This document shows positions 38,712-49,471 of a stretch of 64,000 bases of DNA, one piece after another. Origin of the DNA: Clostridiales bacterium DTU074 (GTDB lineage Bacteria; Bacillota; Clostridia; Caldicoprobacterales; Caldicoprobacteraceae). The notes under the pieces are model-generated. The model was given only the letters and a program-made list of their open reading frames with translations, did no database searches and was not told where the DNA came from. Every line of letters begins with the position of its first letter. Position 1 is the first letter of the stretch. A program made the translations under genes and the position numbers. The stretch is taken from contig LFSE01000067.1 of assembly GCA_001513075.1 (NCBI GenBank), positions 23,233 through 87,232 on the forward strand. The letters run 5' to 3'.

Positions 38712-38743
38712 GGGAATGGATAAAATCCGTTCCCCTTTTTCTT
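38712..38743 (+). terminator. Rho-independent terminator
   Basis: Stem gggaatgga/tccgttccc, loop taaaa, then ctttttctt. Confidence 0.7.
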
Positions 38744-38960
38744 GCTATATACGAACTATTATTTGGATTATAATGAAAGATTTTCATTTTATGTGCAAAG
38801 CCATAATCAAAGCGAGTTGACAAAATACGGAATAAGATGTAGGATACTATATTATATGTATAATAATAATATATGGTAAATTTGTACATTATGATACCCT
38901 CTCATTTTTGCACTGTTTTTCTGCAGCATCTGCTGAAAGATAGAAAATAATAATTTTGAG

Positions 38961-39305
38961 GTGATTAGCGTGTTTGGTATTTCGGAACGAAAAATAGAAG
39001 CATGGGGAAAAAAGAAAAAGACAGCAAAGCTTATAAAGGTATTAACCCATTCAAAAAATGAGCTTAGAGCTGCGGCAGCCAAAGCTTTGGGTGAGATTGA
39101 TTCGCTGGAATCGGCAAATGCTCTCATTACAGCATTAAGAGATCCTGATGCAAGAGTGCGTTTGAATGCTGTTATCTCTCTTGGAAAAATTCAAAGCCCA
39201 TTAGCAACAGAACATTTAAAGAGCGTAACCAAGAACGATTCTGACCCGGCTGTCAGAGAAGAAGCTGCCAAGGTTCTAGGTATTATTCCCAGAGACGACA
39301 GATAA
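38961..39305 (+). CDS. HEAT-repeat (PBS-lyase type) protein
   Basis: GTG start with gaggtga RBS. Repeats 'ELRAAAAKALGEIDS', 'DPDARVRLNAVISLGKI' and 'DSDPAVREEAAKVLG'. Confidence 0.7.
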   Translation: MISVFGISERKIEAWGKKKKTAKLIKVLTHSKNELRAAAAKALGEIDSLESANALITALRDPDARVRLNAVISLGKIQSPLATEHLKSVTKNDSDPAVREEAAKVLGIIPRDDR

Positions 39306-39493
39306 TATAAAAGAATAGTTTACTTAACATTGAGAGGGTACTTAATAACACAACGGCAGGCAACGGTTTTTATCTATTGCCTGCTTTTATTTTACCCTAT
39401 GATATGAAACGGATTGCTCCTAAGAAGAACTGAATAAAAATGCTATATTGGATGTATAATAAGGCAAAGTTGATTCTAGGGAGGTATATTAAA

Positions 39494-39667
39494 ATGGAAG
39501 GCCGAGTCGAGAAAAGAAATAAGCCCTTGTCAGGGGTTAAATGTGTTGTAAATACCTGTCATTATTATATCGAAGGCGATCACTGCGGTGCACATCAAAT
39601 TGAGATACAACCCAGAAATGCCAGAAACACTCAGGAAACCGACTGTGCAACTTTCATCATGAAATAA
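39494..39667 (+). CDS. DUF1540-domain small cysteine-containing protein
   Basis: ATG 39494 with gggagg RBS. 'VKCVVNTCHYY..GDHCGAHQIEI......DCATF' is the DUF1540 pattern. Confidence 0.7.
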   Translation: MEGRVEKRNKPLSGVKCVVNTCHYYIEGDHCGAHQIEIQPRNARNTQETDCATFIMK

Positions 39668-39849
39668 CAATAATCACGGGCATATCGATAGAAGGATATG
39701 CCCATTTTTATACCGGTTACACATTTCCGTTTTCCTGTCCATCAAAATCAGATCAAGGTCTTCCTTTTTTATTAAATATGTTTTATAATCAATTAGTATA
39801 AATATAAATGCTAAACCGATTGTATATTATTGCATATCAACAATAGGAT

Positions 39850-41619
39850 ATGACAGCTGATATAATAACAGATGGATTGTGGAGTGATAATGTGAAAAAA
39901 CTAATGTTAGGGAACGAGGGAATTGCCAGGGGAGCTTATGAAGCAGGAGTAAGAGTTGCAACCGCATATCCGGGAACTCCCAGCACCGAAATTATCGAAT
40001 TTGCAGCAAAATATGATGAAATTTATGCTGAATGGGCACCGAATGAAAAGGTTGCCATGGAAGTGGCCATCGGGGCTTCATTTGCCGGAGCAAGGGCAAT
40101 GGTTGCCATGAAACATGTTGGTCTCAACGTAGCGGCCGATCCATTGTTTACCGTTTCTTACACGGGCATTAATGCCGGCCTTGTTATAGTAGTAGCGGAT
40201 GACCCTGGAATGCACAGTTCTCAAAATGAACAGGATAGCCGGTGTTATGCCCGGGCAGCTCAGGTGCCCATGCTGGAACCGGCTGATAGCCAGGAGGCAA
40301 TTGATTTTGTTAAGTTTGCATATGAACTGAGTGAGAAGTATGATACGCCCATATTGGTTAGGATGACCACTCGTGTTTCCCATTCGCAGAGCATCGCTGT
40401 TCTCGGAATAAGGAATGACATACCCTTAAGAGAATACAGAAAACTCCCTGAAAAAAATGTGATGATGCCGGCTATGGCTAGGAGACGCCACCAGGCAGTA
40501 AAGGCAAGAATGAAGGATATAGCCGAAGCTGCCTGTGATATGTGGGTAAACCGGATTGAAATGAACGATCCTTCCGTTGGAGTTATAGCCAGTGGTATCG
40601 CATATCAATATGCCAAGGAAGCATTGCCCAATGCCTCAATTCTAAAATTGGGCATGGTGAATCCATTGCCGAGAAAGCTTATTGAATCCTTTGCTGCTAA
40701 GGTTGATAAGCTGTTTGTTATTGAAGAACTTGAACCAATCATAGAAGAACAGATAAGGAGTTGGGGGATTTCGGTTATCGGGAAAGAGCTTTTTCCTTCT
40801 ATAGGCGAACTGAGTGCCAATATTATAGCTGAAAAGGTTTTGGGGGAAACACCGGAAGTAAAACCTCTCCAGGATATTCCCACACGTCCGCCGGTGATGT
40901 GCCCCGGCTGTCCGCATCGAGGAGTATTCTACGTTATAAGGAAGCTGAGGCTGTATGCTACGGGGGACATTGGATGCTATACTTTAGGAGCCTTACCCCC
41001 GCTACAAGCTATGGATACATGTGTATGCATGGGAGCCAGCATCGGAATGGCCCATGGAATGGAAAAGGCACGGGGAAGGGATTTTGGACGCAAGCTCGTA
41101 GCAGTTATCGGTGATTCTACCTTTATCCATTCAGGTATAACCGGACTTATTGATGTAGTGTATAACCAGGGGAATTCAACGGTTGTGATCCTGGACAATT
41201 CCACAACAGGCATGACGGGGCATCAGGATCATCCGGGAACCGGATGCACTTTAAAAGGCAGTGAGGTTCCACCGCTAGATTTGGTAAAGCTTATTGAAGC
41301 TATAGGCATAAAACATATAAGGGTGGTTGACCCCTTTGAGCTTGATCAGGTGGAAAAGGTGCTAAGAGAGGAAGTTCAAAGGGATGAACCTTCGGTGGTT
41401 ATAATGCAACGATCATGCGCTTTGCTGAATAAAAGCGTGAAACCACCGGTGGAAATAGACCTGGATTTGTGCAGAAAATGCAATGCTTGTTTGCGCCTGG
41501 GATGTCCGGCTATACAGAAAAAACAGGATGCTATGGTAATAGATCTGGCTTTATGCAACGGCTGCGGCCTTTGCATCGGTGTGTGTAGATTTAATGCTAT
41601 TAGAAGGACTGGTGAATAG
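39850..41619 (+). CDS. iorA: Indolepyruvate:ferredoxin oxidoreductase alpha subunit
   Basis: 'LMLGNEGIARGAYEAGV', the TPP motif 'GDSTFIHSG...NSTTGMTGHQ', and two C-terminal 4Fe-4S motifs 'CRKCNACLRLGCP' and 'CNGCGLCIGVC'. The start may be GTG 39892 rather than ATG 39850. Confidence 0.9.
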   Translation: MTADIITDGLWSDNVKKLMLGNEGIARGAYEAGVRVATAYPGTPSTEIIEFAAKYDEIYAEWAPNEKVAMEVAIGASFAGARAMVAMKHVGLNVAADPLFTVSYTGINAGLVIVVADDPGMHSSQNEQDSRCYARAAQVPMLEPADSQEAIDFVKFAYELSEKYDTPILVRMTTRVSHSQSIAVLGIRNDIPLREYRKLPEKNVMMPAMARRRHQAVKARMKDIAEAACDMWVNRIEMNDPSVGVIASGIAYQYAKEALPNASILKLGMVNPLPRKLIESFAAKVDKLFVIEELEPIIEEQIRSWGISVIGKELFPSIGELSANIIAEKVLGETPEVKPLQDIPTRPPVMCPGCPHRGVFYVIRKLRLYATGDIGCYTLGALPPLQAMDTCVCMGASIGMAHGMEKARGRDFGRKLVAVIGDSTFIHSGITGLIDVVYNQGNSTVVILDNSTTGMTGHQDHPGTGCTLKGSEVPPLDLVKLIEAIGIKHIRVVDPFELDQVEKVLREEVQRDEPSVVIMQRSCALLNKSVKPPVEIDLDLCRKCNACLRLGCPAIQKKQDAMVIDLALCNGCGLCIGVCRFNAIRRTGE

Positions 41620-41620
41620 G

Positions 41621-42220
41621 ATGAAAACGCAAAATATACTTATTGCAGGTGTTGGAGGACAGGGTACATTACTTGCAAGCAGAGTGCTGGGAAATCTGTT
41701 TTTGAATATGGGATATGATGTAAAGATATCCGAAGTACACGGGATGGCGCAAAGAGGTGGAAGTGTTGTTACCCATGTCAAATACGGTGAAAGGGTCTAT
41801 TCACCGCTGGTTGAGACCGGCTGTGCGGATATTCTTCTTGCCTTTGAAAAACTGGAGGCAATCAGATGGATACACTACTTAAGGGAAGGTGGCATGGCCG
41901 TTGTAAATACTCAGGAAATCGATCCTATGCCGGTTATACTGGGGACCCAACAGTATCCCAGCGATCTGGATGAACTTTTGCTAAAATTATGTCCTAATTC
42001 GGTTATCATAGATGCTTTAAATATTGCCAAAGATTTGGGGAATATCAGAGTGGTCAATACCGTACTTATGGGTGCGCTGGCCTGTTATTTGGACATAGAT
42101 ACGACTGAATGGGAAAAGGCCATAAAAGCTACTGTGCCTCCAAAAACAATTGATATTAATTTGCAAGCATTTTATTCCGGCTATAATGCATGCCGTAGTC
42201 AGAGCAATGCTCCTTTTTGA
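41621..42220 (+). CDS. iorB: Indolepyruvate:ferredoxin oxidoreductase beta subunit
   Basis: '[20 protein letters not shown]' and '[10 protein letters not shown]'. ATG 41621 immediately follows the iorA stop. Confidence 0.9.
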   Translation: MKTQNILIAGVGGQGTLLASRVLGNLFLNMGYDVKISEVHGMAQRGGSVVTHVKYGERVYSPLVETGCADILLAFEKLEAIRWIHYLREGGMAVVNTQEIDPMPVILGTQQYPSDLDELLLKLCPNSVIIDALNIAKDLGNIRVVNTVLMGALACYLDIDTTEWEKAIKATVPPKTIDINLQAFYSGYNACRSQSNAPF

Positions 42221-42249
42221 TGCGGCAGTATTTGGGAAGGGGGATGGAT

Positions 42250-43548
42250 ATGTATTGGGACAAAGCTAATGAATGCATGGATCGTGAACAATTGAGGGCA
42301 TTACAGTCGCACCGGTTGATTGAAACGGTACAAAGGGTATATCATAACGTTCCCTACTACCGCCAGCGCATGCAGGAACTGGGGATCGTGCCGGAGGACA
42401 TAAAGGGAATTGAAGATCTGCATAAGTTGCCCTTTACAACTAAACAGGATCTCAGAGATAATTACCCATACGGGCTGTTTGCCGTGCCATTGAGTGAAAT
42501 AGTGAGAATACACGCTTCTTCCGGTACAACTGGTAAACCCACCGTGGTGGGTTATACACGCAAGGACATTGTTACCTGGTCGGAGCTCATGGCGAGGACC
42601 CTTGTATCCGGTGGTACGCATAAGGATTCGGTTATACAGATAGCCTACGGCTACGGTTTGTTTACCGGCGGATTGGGTGTTCATTATGGTGCCGAGCGGA
42701 TAGGAGCATCGGTAATTCCGGTGTCGGGAGGCAATACAAAGAGGCAAATAATGATTATGAAGGATTTTGGCACTACCGTGCTTGCCTGCACTCCTTCATA
42801 TGCATTATATATAGCTGAGACCATTCAGGAAATGGGAATAAAAAGAGAAGAGTTAAAGCTGGAGTATGGGATATTTGGGGCTGAACCTTGGAGTGAGGCA
42901 ATGAGAAAAGAAATTGAGGAGAAAATGCAAATATCTGCCATTGATATATACGGATTGAGCGAGGTAATTGGTCCGGGAGTTGCCAGCGAATGTCAGTGTA
43001 AAAACGGACTTCATATTTTTGAGGATCATTTTATCCCCGAGATCATTGATCCGGAAACCGGTGAAGTTCTTTCTGAGGGTAAAGAAGGTGAATTGGTATT
43101 TACAACTATAACCAAAGAAGGGTTGCCGGTCATCCGTTATCGCACAAGGGATATCTCATCATTGGACTACGAGCCGTGTTCCTGCGGGCGGACCCATGTA
43201 AGGATGAAAAAGGTGTTGGGCAGAACCGACGACATGATTATTATAAGGGGTGTAAATGTATTTCCTTCGCAGATAGAGAGCATTCTTATGGAGATCGGGG
43301 AAACCGAGCCCCACTATCTGTTGGTGGTAGACAGGGTAGGCAATTTGGATAGTCTTGAGGTATGGGTGGAAGTATCCAACAAGCTGTTCTCCGATGAAGT
43401 CCGTAGGTTGGAGGATTTAAACCGAAGAATTGCCAACGAAATACAGAGCACTCTTGGGCTGTCGGTTAAGGTAAGGCTTGTGGAACCAAAAACCATCGAG
43501 CGTTCGGAAGGAAAGGCAAAGCGGGTAATTGATAGAAGAAAACTGTAA
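42250..43548 (+). CDS. paaK: Phenylacetate-CoA ligase family (aryl-acetate/CoA ligase)
   Basis: '[22 protein letters not shown]', the AMP-binding 'SSGTTGKPT', and '[16 protein letters not shown]'. Confidence 0.9.
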   Translation: MYWDKANECMDREQLRALQSHRLIETVQRVYHNVPYYRQRMQELGIVPEDIKGIEDLHKLPFTTKQDLRDNYPYGLFAVPLSEIVRIHASSGTTGKPTVVGYTRKDIVTWSELMARTLVSGGTHKDSVIQIAYGYGLFTGGLGVHYGAERIGASVIPVSGGNTKRQIMIMKDFGTTVLACTPSYALYIAETIQEMGIKREELKLEYGIFGAEPWSEAMRKEIEEKMQISAIDIYGLSEVIGPGVASECQCKNGLHIFEDHFIPEIIDPETGEVLSEGKEGELVFTTITKEGLPVIRYRTRDISSLDYEPCSCGRTHVRMKKVLGRTDDMIIIRGVNVFPSQIESILMEIGETEPHYLLVVDRVGNLDSLEVWVEVSNKLFSDEVRRLEDLNRRIANEIQSTLGLSVKVRLVEPKTIERSEGKAKRVIDRRKL

Positions 43549-43566
43549 TAAAAGGGAGGGAAAGCT

Positions 43567-43995
43567 TTGTTTCGTCAAATTTCGGTATTTTTAGAGAACA
43601 AAAGGGGTAAACTGGCTGAAGTAACCGGCGTACTGGCTGATAACAATATAGACATGTGGGCAATATCAATCGCCGATACAACAAACTTTGGCATACTAAG
43701 AATCATAGTCGATCAACCGGAAAAAGCAGTAAAAGTCCTGAGGTATGCCGGTTATACGGTAAGTACAACCAAGGTGCTGGCTGTTGAGGTCCCCGACCGG
43801 CCGGGAGGATTGCACCGGGTGTTGAAAATATTAAGCGATGAAGGCGTCAGCATAGAGTATTTGTATTCATTTGTCCGGCGGCCTGCTGAAAGAGCTTTAA
43901 TTCTGTTTAAGGTGGACCGATTGGATGATGCTGTTGATATATTAAAAAGAGCTGGTATCAATGTGCTCACAAATGATCAGGTATATAATCTATAA
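43567..43995 (+). CDS. ACT-domain protein
   Basis: Two ACT-like repeats ('ISVFLENKRGKLAEVTGVLADNNI', 'LAVEVPDRPGGLHRVLKILSDEGV'). This gene is a frequent partner of iorAB-paaK. Confidence 0.8.
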   Translation: MFRQISVFLENKRGKLAEVTGVLADNNIDMWAISIADTTNFGILRIIVDQPEKAVKVLRYAGYTVSTTKVLAVEVPDRPGGLHRVLKILSDEGVSIEYLYSFVRRPAERALILFKVDRLDDAVDILKRAGINVLTNDQVYNL

Positions 43996-44015
43996 TGAGA
44001 GAAAAGTGAAATAAG

Positions 44016-45182
44016 GTGGATTATATGCGGCCAAGCAAAGTAATAGTAGATCTATCAAAACTGGACAGCAATATCAGGGAAATCAGGAAGGTGTTAAAGC
44101 CCGATATCCAATTTATGGCTGTTGTTAAGGCAAATGCATATGGTCATGGTGCCGTTGAGATCGCTCGTCAGGCCCTGAAATCCGGCGCTTCCTGGTTGGG
44201 TGTGGCCATACCTGAGGAAGGGGCTGAGCTGAGGGAAGCCGGAATTACAGCTCCTATACTTGTTTTGGGAGGTATAGATGAATCCCAGATAGGGACGGTG
44301 GTTAAATACGATCTCAGTCAATGCATATTTTCTCTTGAAACGGCGAAATTGCTGGATAAGGAGGCAAAACAGGCCGGTAAGAGAATTGGCGTACACGTTA
44401 AGGTTGATACGGGTATGGGCAGAATTGGTCTAACCGATCCGGAAAAGGTAAGGATTTTGTGCTGCCAGTTGAAAAACTCTAGCCATATAGAATTGGAAGG
44501 AATATTTACTCATTTTGCTGTGGCTGATGAAGAAGACAGATCGTTTACTCAAAGCCAGCTGACCCGTTTCAATAATGTTCTTGATATTCTAAAAAGAGAC
44601 GGTATATATTTTAAATATGTACACGCTGCAAACAGCGCTGCAATTCTGGAATATCCCGATGCCCATTTTAATCTGGTTCGAGGGGGTATTGCAATATACG
44701 GTTATTATCCCTCTCAGTTTGTTAAAGAACATTCCACCATAAAACTTGAACCTATACTTAAATGGGAAACAAGGGTAATAGATGTAAAGGATATCGAGAA
44801 AGGTGACAGCATAAGTTACGGAAGGACTTTTGTAGCGGATAGGCCAATGCGGATAGCCATTCTTCCGGTAGGATATGCAGACGGATATAGCCGGCTGTTC
44901 AGCAATAAAAGCTGGGTTATAATAAACGGTCAAAGGGCAAGGGTTACCGGAATGATATGCATGGATCAGCTTATGGTTGATGTCACCCATATTCCTGAGG
45001 TAAAACCCGGTGATACCGCAGTACTTATAGGAAAACAGGGGAAGGAGGGGATTACTGCTGAGGATCTTGCATGTCTTAGCAATACCATATCCTACGAAAT
45101 ATTGACGAGCATAGGACCACGGGTTCCAAGGTTCTATACCGGAAAAGAGCATTGCCAAGACATGGATAAGCAACGGTTATGA
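44016..45182 (+). CDS. alr: Alanine racemase
   Basis: 'MAVVKANAYGHG' (PLP lysine), 'HFAVADE' and 'ISYG...MICMDQLMVD'. Confidence 0.93.
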   Translation: MDYMRPSKVIVDLSKLDSNIREIRKVLKPDIQFMAVVKANAYGHGAVEIARQALKSGASWLGVAIPEEGAELREAGITAPILVLGGIDESQIGTVVKYDLSQCIFSLETAKLLDKEAKQAGKRIGVHVKVDTGMGRIGLTDPEKVRILCCQLKNSSHIELEGIFTHFAVADEEDRSFTQSQLTRFNNVLDILKRDGIYFKYVHAANSAAILEYPDAHFNLVRGGIAIYGYYPSQFVKEHSTIKLEPILKWETRVIDVKDIEKGDSISYGRTFVADRPMRIAILPVGYADGYSRLFSNKSWVIINGQRARVTGMICMDQLMVDVTHIPEVKPGDTAVLIGKQGKEGITAEDLACLSNTISYEILTSIGPRVPRFYTGKEHCQDMDKQRL

Positions 45183-45781
45183 TAGATATTGCAAAAAACG
45201 AAATTAGGAATAGAATGAAAAAAATAAGGGAAGAAATGCCGGAAGTCTTTTCGGTGGAAACAAGTGCCGTCATTTCGAAACATCTATTGGGTTTGGAATG
45301 TATAAAAACCGCAAAAACCGTGATGGCATACGTGGCCATGCCCTATGAAGTAAAAACGGATTTCATTATAAACACCCTGTTAAATATGGGAAAAGATGTG
45401 GCCGTTCCGGTTTGTGTGCCCGCTTCATATGAGCTGATTGCTTCAAAGATTTTGAACCTTGATGAATTAATGCCAGGGCACTATGGAATACTCGAGCCAA
45501 AAAAGGAATACCTAAGACCACTGGAACCGAGTGTGCTCGATATTATTCTGGTTCCGGGACTGGCCTTTGACGTATACGGAAATCGCATTGGTCATGGAAA
45601 GGGATATTATGATAGGTTTCTATCAAAGGTATCCCCAAAAGCGCTTAAAATCGGGTTAGCTTTTGACTTTCAAGTTTTATCCGAGCTGCCGGTAGATCAC
45701 TATGACATACCTATGGACTGTATTATAACAGAAAGAGGAATGATACAAACTCATAAGTATGCAACAGCCTATAAAAAATAA
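45179..45781 (+). CDS. 5-formyltetrahydrofolate cyclo-ligase
   Basis: 'ILVPGLAFDVYGNRIGHGKGYYDRFL' and 'HYDIPMDCIITE'. The start overlaps the alr stop. Confidence 0.88.
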   Translation: MIDIAKNEIRNRMKKIREEMPEVFSVETSAVISKHLLGLECIKTAKTVMAYVAMPYEVKTDFIINTLLNMGKDVAVPVCVPASYELIASKILNLDELMPGHYGILEPKKEYLRPLEPSVLDIILVPGLAFDVYGNRIGHGKGYYDRFLSKVSPKALKIGLAFDFQVLSELPVDHYDIPMDCIITERGMIQTHKYATAYKK

Positions 45782-45931
45782 TGAATAAATGTCGAGAATG
45801 GATATTGCAGCGAACTTGTAAACTTTACCAGGCATGGGGCGGGGATCCTATGCCTTTGTTATTTGGGAGTGTTTATTGTTATACAACAATGTGAAATTTA
45901 TATGTTTTAAATAAGAGGAATTTAAGATAAA

Positions 45932-47155
45932 ATGTCGAATAAAGTCGTAGATACAGTTTATAAAAGAGGCGATAAGACAGTGACGATGGATAACTACAGT
46001 ATTCAGCAATTAGATGATATTGTAAAGAAAACCATAGATGCCCTGGAAAAAGGGAAAACCCAGATATATACCATTGCTGAAGGGGCAAGACAGGAATGGA
46101 TAGAACTGGAGAACAGGTTTGCTGAAATACAGGAAAAGGTGAAATATACCATAGAAGAAGTGGAGACCCTGACTCGTTTGGAGAAAGAAAGCCGTTACAG
46201 ACTTATGATAGTCAGCAAAAATTTTAAGCAATACGGCGAAGAGGATATAAAACAGGCTTATGATACAACCAGGAATTTGCAGATCAAATTGGCTTTGGCA
46301 AGGGAGAAGGAACGCCAGCTTATTGCGCAAAGAACCGAAATAGAAATGAGGATGCGGAAGGTTAGAGACACCGTGGAGCGAGCTGAATATTTAGCTACCC
46401 ACGTAGCCGTAGCCATGAATTATCTTTCCGGCTCATTGTCCAATATTAGCGATACTCTTGAGGAACTGCAGCAGAAGGAATTATTGGGTATGCGAATTAT
46501 AACTGCCCAGGAGGAGGAAAGGCAGAGGTTGGCGCGGGATATTCACGATGGTCCGGCCCAATCCATGTCAAATATTATACTTAAGTGTGAAATATGTGAA
46601 AAAATAATGGATCTAGATGTGAATAATGCTAAAAAGCAAATAGGTGAGTTAAAAGATCTGATAAAGCTCAGCCTTCAGGAAATAAGGAGGATAATATTTG
46701 ATTTACGCCCGATGTCGCTGGACGATTTAGGGCTGGTGCCCACTCTTCAGCGTTATGCAGCCAATTTTACCGAGGAAACTGGGATCGACGTTGTATTAGA
46801 CCTGTATGATCCAAATAAAAAGCTGAATACGCTGGTTGAAATAGCGGTATTCCGGATTATTCAGGAAGCTCTGAATAATATAAAAAAACACTCAAAGGCG
46901 ACAAGGGTATATATAAACCTTCAAATAAAAGACGGTATGCTATTTGGTAAGGTTATTGACAATGGCATAGGATTTAATGTGTTAAAGTTCAAAAATATTA
47001 AAAAACGGGATATACACAGTGGAGGATTTGGTATTTACAGCATGCAACAGAGGGCGGAACTGCTTAATGGGAAGCTAAAGATTCATTCCCAGCCCGGCAA
47101 GGGCACGACACTTTTATTGCAAATACCTATAGAGCCGATTAAAGAGGGGGAGTAA
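45932..47155 (+). CDS. degS: Soluble sensor histidine kinase DegS
   Basis: The N-terminal DegS sensor coiled coil and 'RIITAQEEERQRLARDIHDGPAQ' (HisKA_3 H-box) parallel my recollection of B. subtilis DegS. A C-terminal HATPase follows. No TM helix is present. Confidence 0.88.
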   Translation: MSNKVVDTVYKRGDKTVTMDNYSIQQLDDIVKKTIDALEKGKTQIYTIAEGARQEWIELENRFAEIQEKVKYTIEEVETLTRLEKESRYRLMIVSKNFKQYGEEDIKQAYDTTRNLQIKLALAREKERQLIAQRTEIEMRMRKVRDTVERAEYLATHVAVAMNYLSGSLSNISDTLEELQQKELLGMRIITAQEEERQRLARDIHDGPAQSMSNIILKCEICEKIMDLDVNNAKKQIGELKDLIKLSLQEIRRIIFDLRPMSLDDLGLVPTLQRYAANFTEETGIDVVLDLYDPNKKLNTLVEIAVFRIIQEALNNIKKHSKATRVYINLQIKDGMLFGKVIDNGIGFNVLKFKNIKKRDIHSGGFGIYSMQQRAELLNGKLKIHSQPGKGTTLLLQIPIEPIKEGE

Positions 47156-47160
47156 TATAA

Positions 47161-47811
47161 ATGGAAAAGATAAGGGTTTTGATAGCTGATGATCATTCCC
47201 TTATTAGAAAAGGTCTTGAACAGGTTTTGGAGTTAGAAGACGATATAGAAGTGATAGGGGAGGCTTCTAACGGTAAGGAAGTGGTTGAAAAGACCATGGA
47301 GTTAAAGCCCGACGTAGTATTGATGGATATCAACATGCCGGTACAAAATGGTATATATGCCATAAGGGAGATAAAAGAAAAGGGCTGTCGGGCCAAAATT
47401 ATCATACTGACAATACATGATGACAGGGAGTATTTGTTGGAAGCCATACGAATGGGAGCAGAAGGCTATATTATGAAGGATGCGGATGTGGATCATCTGA
47501 TAAAGGCAATAAGGGATGTGTACAGAGGGGAGACATATATACAACCTAATCTTTCAAGCGAACTGATAAAGGATATTGGAAAAGTGACCTATCGTTCATT
47601 AAAACGCCAGTTTGAAGAGAATAATTTAACGCCGAGAGAGATTGAAGTTCTGATGTTGATAGCCGATGGAAAAAACAACAAGGAAATAGCCGATGAGCTG
47701 TTCATCAGTGAAAAAACGGTCAAAAATCATGTATCAAACATATTTCGGAAAATAGATGTTAGCGACCGCACCCAAGCTGCAATCTATGTGTTTAAAAATA
47801 ACCTGAAGTAA
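47161..47811 (+). CDS. degU: NarL/LuxR-family response regulator DegU
   Basis: Receiver 'RVLIADDHSLIRKGL...DVVLMDINMP' and the C-terminal HTH 'LTPREIEVLMLIADGKNNKEIADELFISEKTVKNHVSNIFRKI'. Confidence 0.88.
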   Translation: MEKIRVLIADDHSLIRKGLEQVLELEDDIEVIGEASNGKEVVEKTMELKPDVVLMDINMPVQNGIYAIREIKEKGCRAKIIILTIHDDREYLLEAIRMGAEGYIMKDADVDHLIKAIRDVYRGETYIQPNLSSELIKDIGKVTYRSLKRQFEENNLTPREIEVLMLIADGKNNKEIADELFISEKTVKNHVSNIFRKIDVSDRTQAAIYVFKNNLK

Positions 47812-47933
47812 GGCATCGGAAATTCCGGTGCCTTTTCATTTATACTCATATCGTTTGTCCAACGAAAACTAAGTGCTACCTGGAAAAGCTGCTTGATTTG
47901 TAGTATAATTACATTATAAAGGAGGCTGATAAC

Positions 47934-48491
47934 ATGCGATTTGTAAAAAGCGGTTTACAGTTGATTGGAACTCATGCTGTTATGTCAATCATCCAATTTG
48001 TTCTTATGCCGTCGCTGTTCAGTATACTGGAAAACAACCAGATATACCAATGGTTTATAGGCCTTCTGTATATAGCTATATTCTGGTTTATTATATACGT
48101 CGATATGAGCGGAAAAGGTTTGGATGATTGCAGAAGAGGCAATTATGCAATGTATAATGGGTTTATAACGGGTTTAGTCGCCTCCGTTCCCCCTGTTCTT
48201 CTATATATCCTGGCCATGACTTATTCTCCCGGTCCTAATCAGGTTAATTGGTTTACTACCGCTTTAAGAGTATGGCTCATACCGTATACAAAAATATTTG
48301 TTACGTTTGACAGCTCAAGTTCGTTGCGTCATCTGATGCCTGATATCGCTATTATTCCTATAGTGTTATTTGTTTTGGGAGCCGGAATAAGTTATATAGA
48401 TGGTTCTCGCAAGAGAAAGAAAATTTTGGACATTATAGATAAGTCCGATGCTTTGAGGGCGGAGAAGTCAAAGGTAAATCCCAATATCTAG
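47934..48491 (+). CDS. Polytopic membrane protein of unknown function
   Basis: 185 aa, about 5 hydrophobic helices, with an RBS (aaggagg). A terminator follows at 48548-48580. No family was recognised. Confidence 0.5.
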   Translation: MRFVKSGLQLIGTHAVMSIIQFVLMPSLFSILENNQIYQWFIGLLYIAIFWFIIYVDMSGKGLDDCRRGNYAMYNGFITGLVASVPPVLLYILAMTYSPGPNQVNWFTTALRVWLIPYTKIFVTFDSSSSLRHLMPDIAIIPIVLFVLGAGISYIDGSRKRKKILDIIDKSDALRAEKSKVNPNI

Positions 48492-48656
48492 TCGACATAA
48501 ACCATAGCGAATAAAATAAGAGATAATTGTTAATAATAATACTTGGGAAACACACCTGCAATATGTAGGTGTGTTTTTTGGCATTGGAAATAATGGAATA
48601 AAGTTATTTATTTTTGGGAAAATAATACTATTATGCATAATGGAGGCATTCTTGGT

Positions 48657-49466
48657 ATGGATAAGAAAGCAGGAGGAAAGCTGATGATAATCGGCGGTGC
48701 CGAAGACAAAAGGGGGGAATGCGTGATATTAAAAAGACTGGTTGAACTCGCTGGCAGACAGGAAGCTAACATGGTGATAATGACCGTTGCCAGCGAATAT
48801 CCGGAAAAAATAGGAAATGAATATACCCATATATTCAAACGACTGGGAGTGGACAATATAAATACTATACACATTCGATCCAGGCAAGATGCAAACTGTG
48901 CCGAATTGGTTGGACAAATAGAAAAAGCATCGTGCATATTCTTTACAGGTGGGGACCAACTGCGAATTACTTCTCTGCTGGGTGGAACCCGGGCCGGGGA
49001 TATGCTAAAAAAAGCCTACCTCAGAGGCGTGGTAATCGCTGGTACCAGCGCAGGCGCTTCGGTTATGAGCGAGACTATGATAACTTCGGGCAAGGATGAT
49101 GATGCGCCCAAGAAGTGTACGCTGAAGATGGCCCCGGGCTTGGGCTTGTTAAAAGATGTAGTTATCGATCAGCATTTTGCCCAGCGAGGCAGAATTGGGC
49201 GATTGTTGACAGCCATTGCTCAAAATCCTCATATGCTTGGGTTGGGAATCGATGAGGATACGGCTGTTATAGTGGATAATGATGCTGTTTTCAACATTAT
49301 AGGCTCTCATGCAGTTACGATTCTGGATGGAAAGGAACTGGATTATACCAATGTTTCGGAATTAAAGCCGGATGAGATCTTATCGATAACCAATGTTATC
49401 ATGCACGTTCTTCCTTCCGGCTACGCATATGACATAAAATTGAGAAAGCCATTGATTGGGAGGTAA
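48657..49466 (+). CDS. cphB: Cyanophycinase (peptidase S51), intracellular type
   Basis: 'KLMIIGGAEDK', 'FFTGGDQLRI', 'AGTSAGASVM' (Ser nucleophile) and 'DQHFAQRGRIGRL'. No signal peptide. ATG 48657 has GGAGG 10 nt upstream. Confidence 0.9.
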   Translation: MDKKAGGKLMIIGGAEDKRGECVILKRLVELAGRQEANMVIMTVASEYPEKIGNEYTHIFKRLGVDNINTIHIRSRQDANCAELVGQIEKASCIFFTGGDQLRITSLLGGTRAGDMLKKAYLRGVVIAGTSAGASVMSETMITSGKDDDAPKKCTLKMAPGLGLLKDVVIDQHFAQRGRIGRLLTAIAQNPHMLGLGIDEDTAVIVDNDAVFNIIGSHAVTILDGKELDYTNVSELKPDEILSITNVIMHVLPSGYAYDIKLRKPLIGR

Positions 49467-49471
49467 ACGGT

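Noticed and set aside
38359-38889. A 176-aa minus-strand ORF spanning the oxidoreductase 3' end and the following AT-rich spacer
   Set aside because: It overlaps a well-supported plus-strand gene and its terminator. The remainder is AT-rich, low-complexity sequence (YYYYTYNIVSYILF...).
39494-39667. The DUF1540 cysteine-containing small protein as the missing SCIFF precursor
   Set aside because: It lies 4 kb from the maturase behind several unrelated genes. Its Cys pattern (C..C......C....C) and its length do not match the six-Cys SCIFF core, and it fits DUF1540 instead.
44589-45173. A 194-aa minus-strand ORF
   Set aside because: It is antisense to alr and is a shadow ORF.
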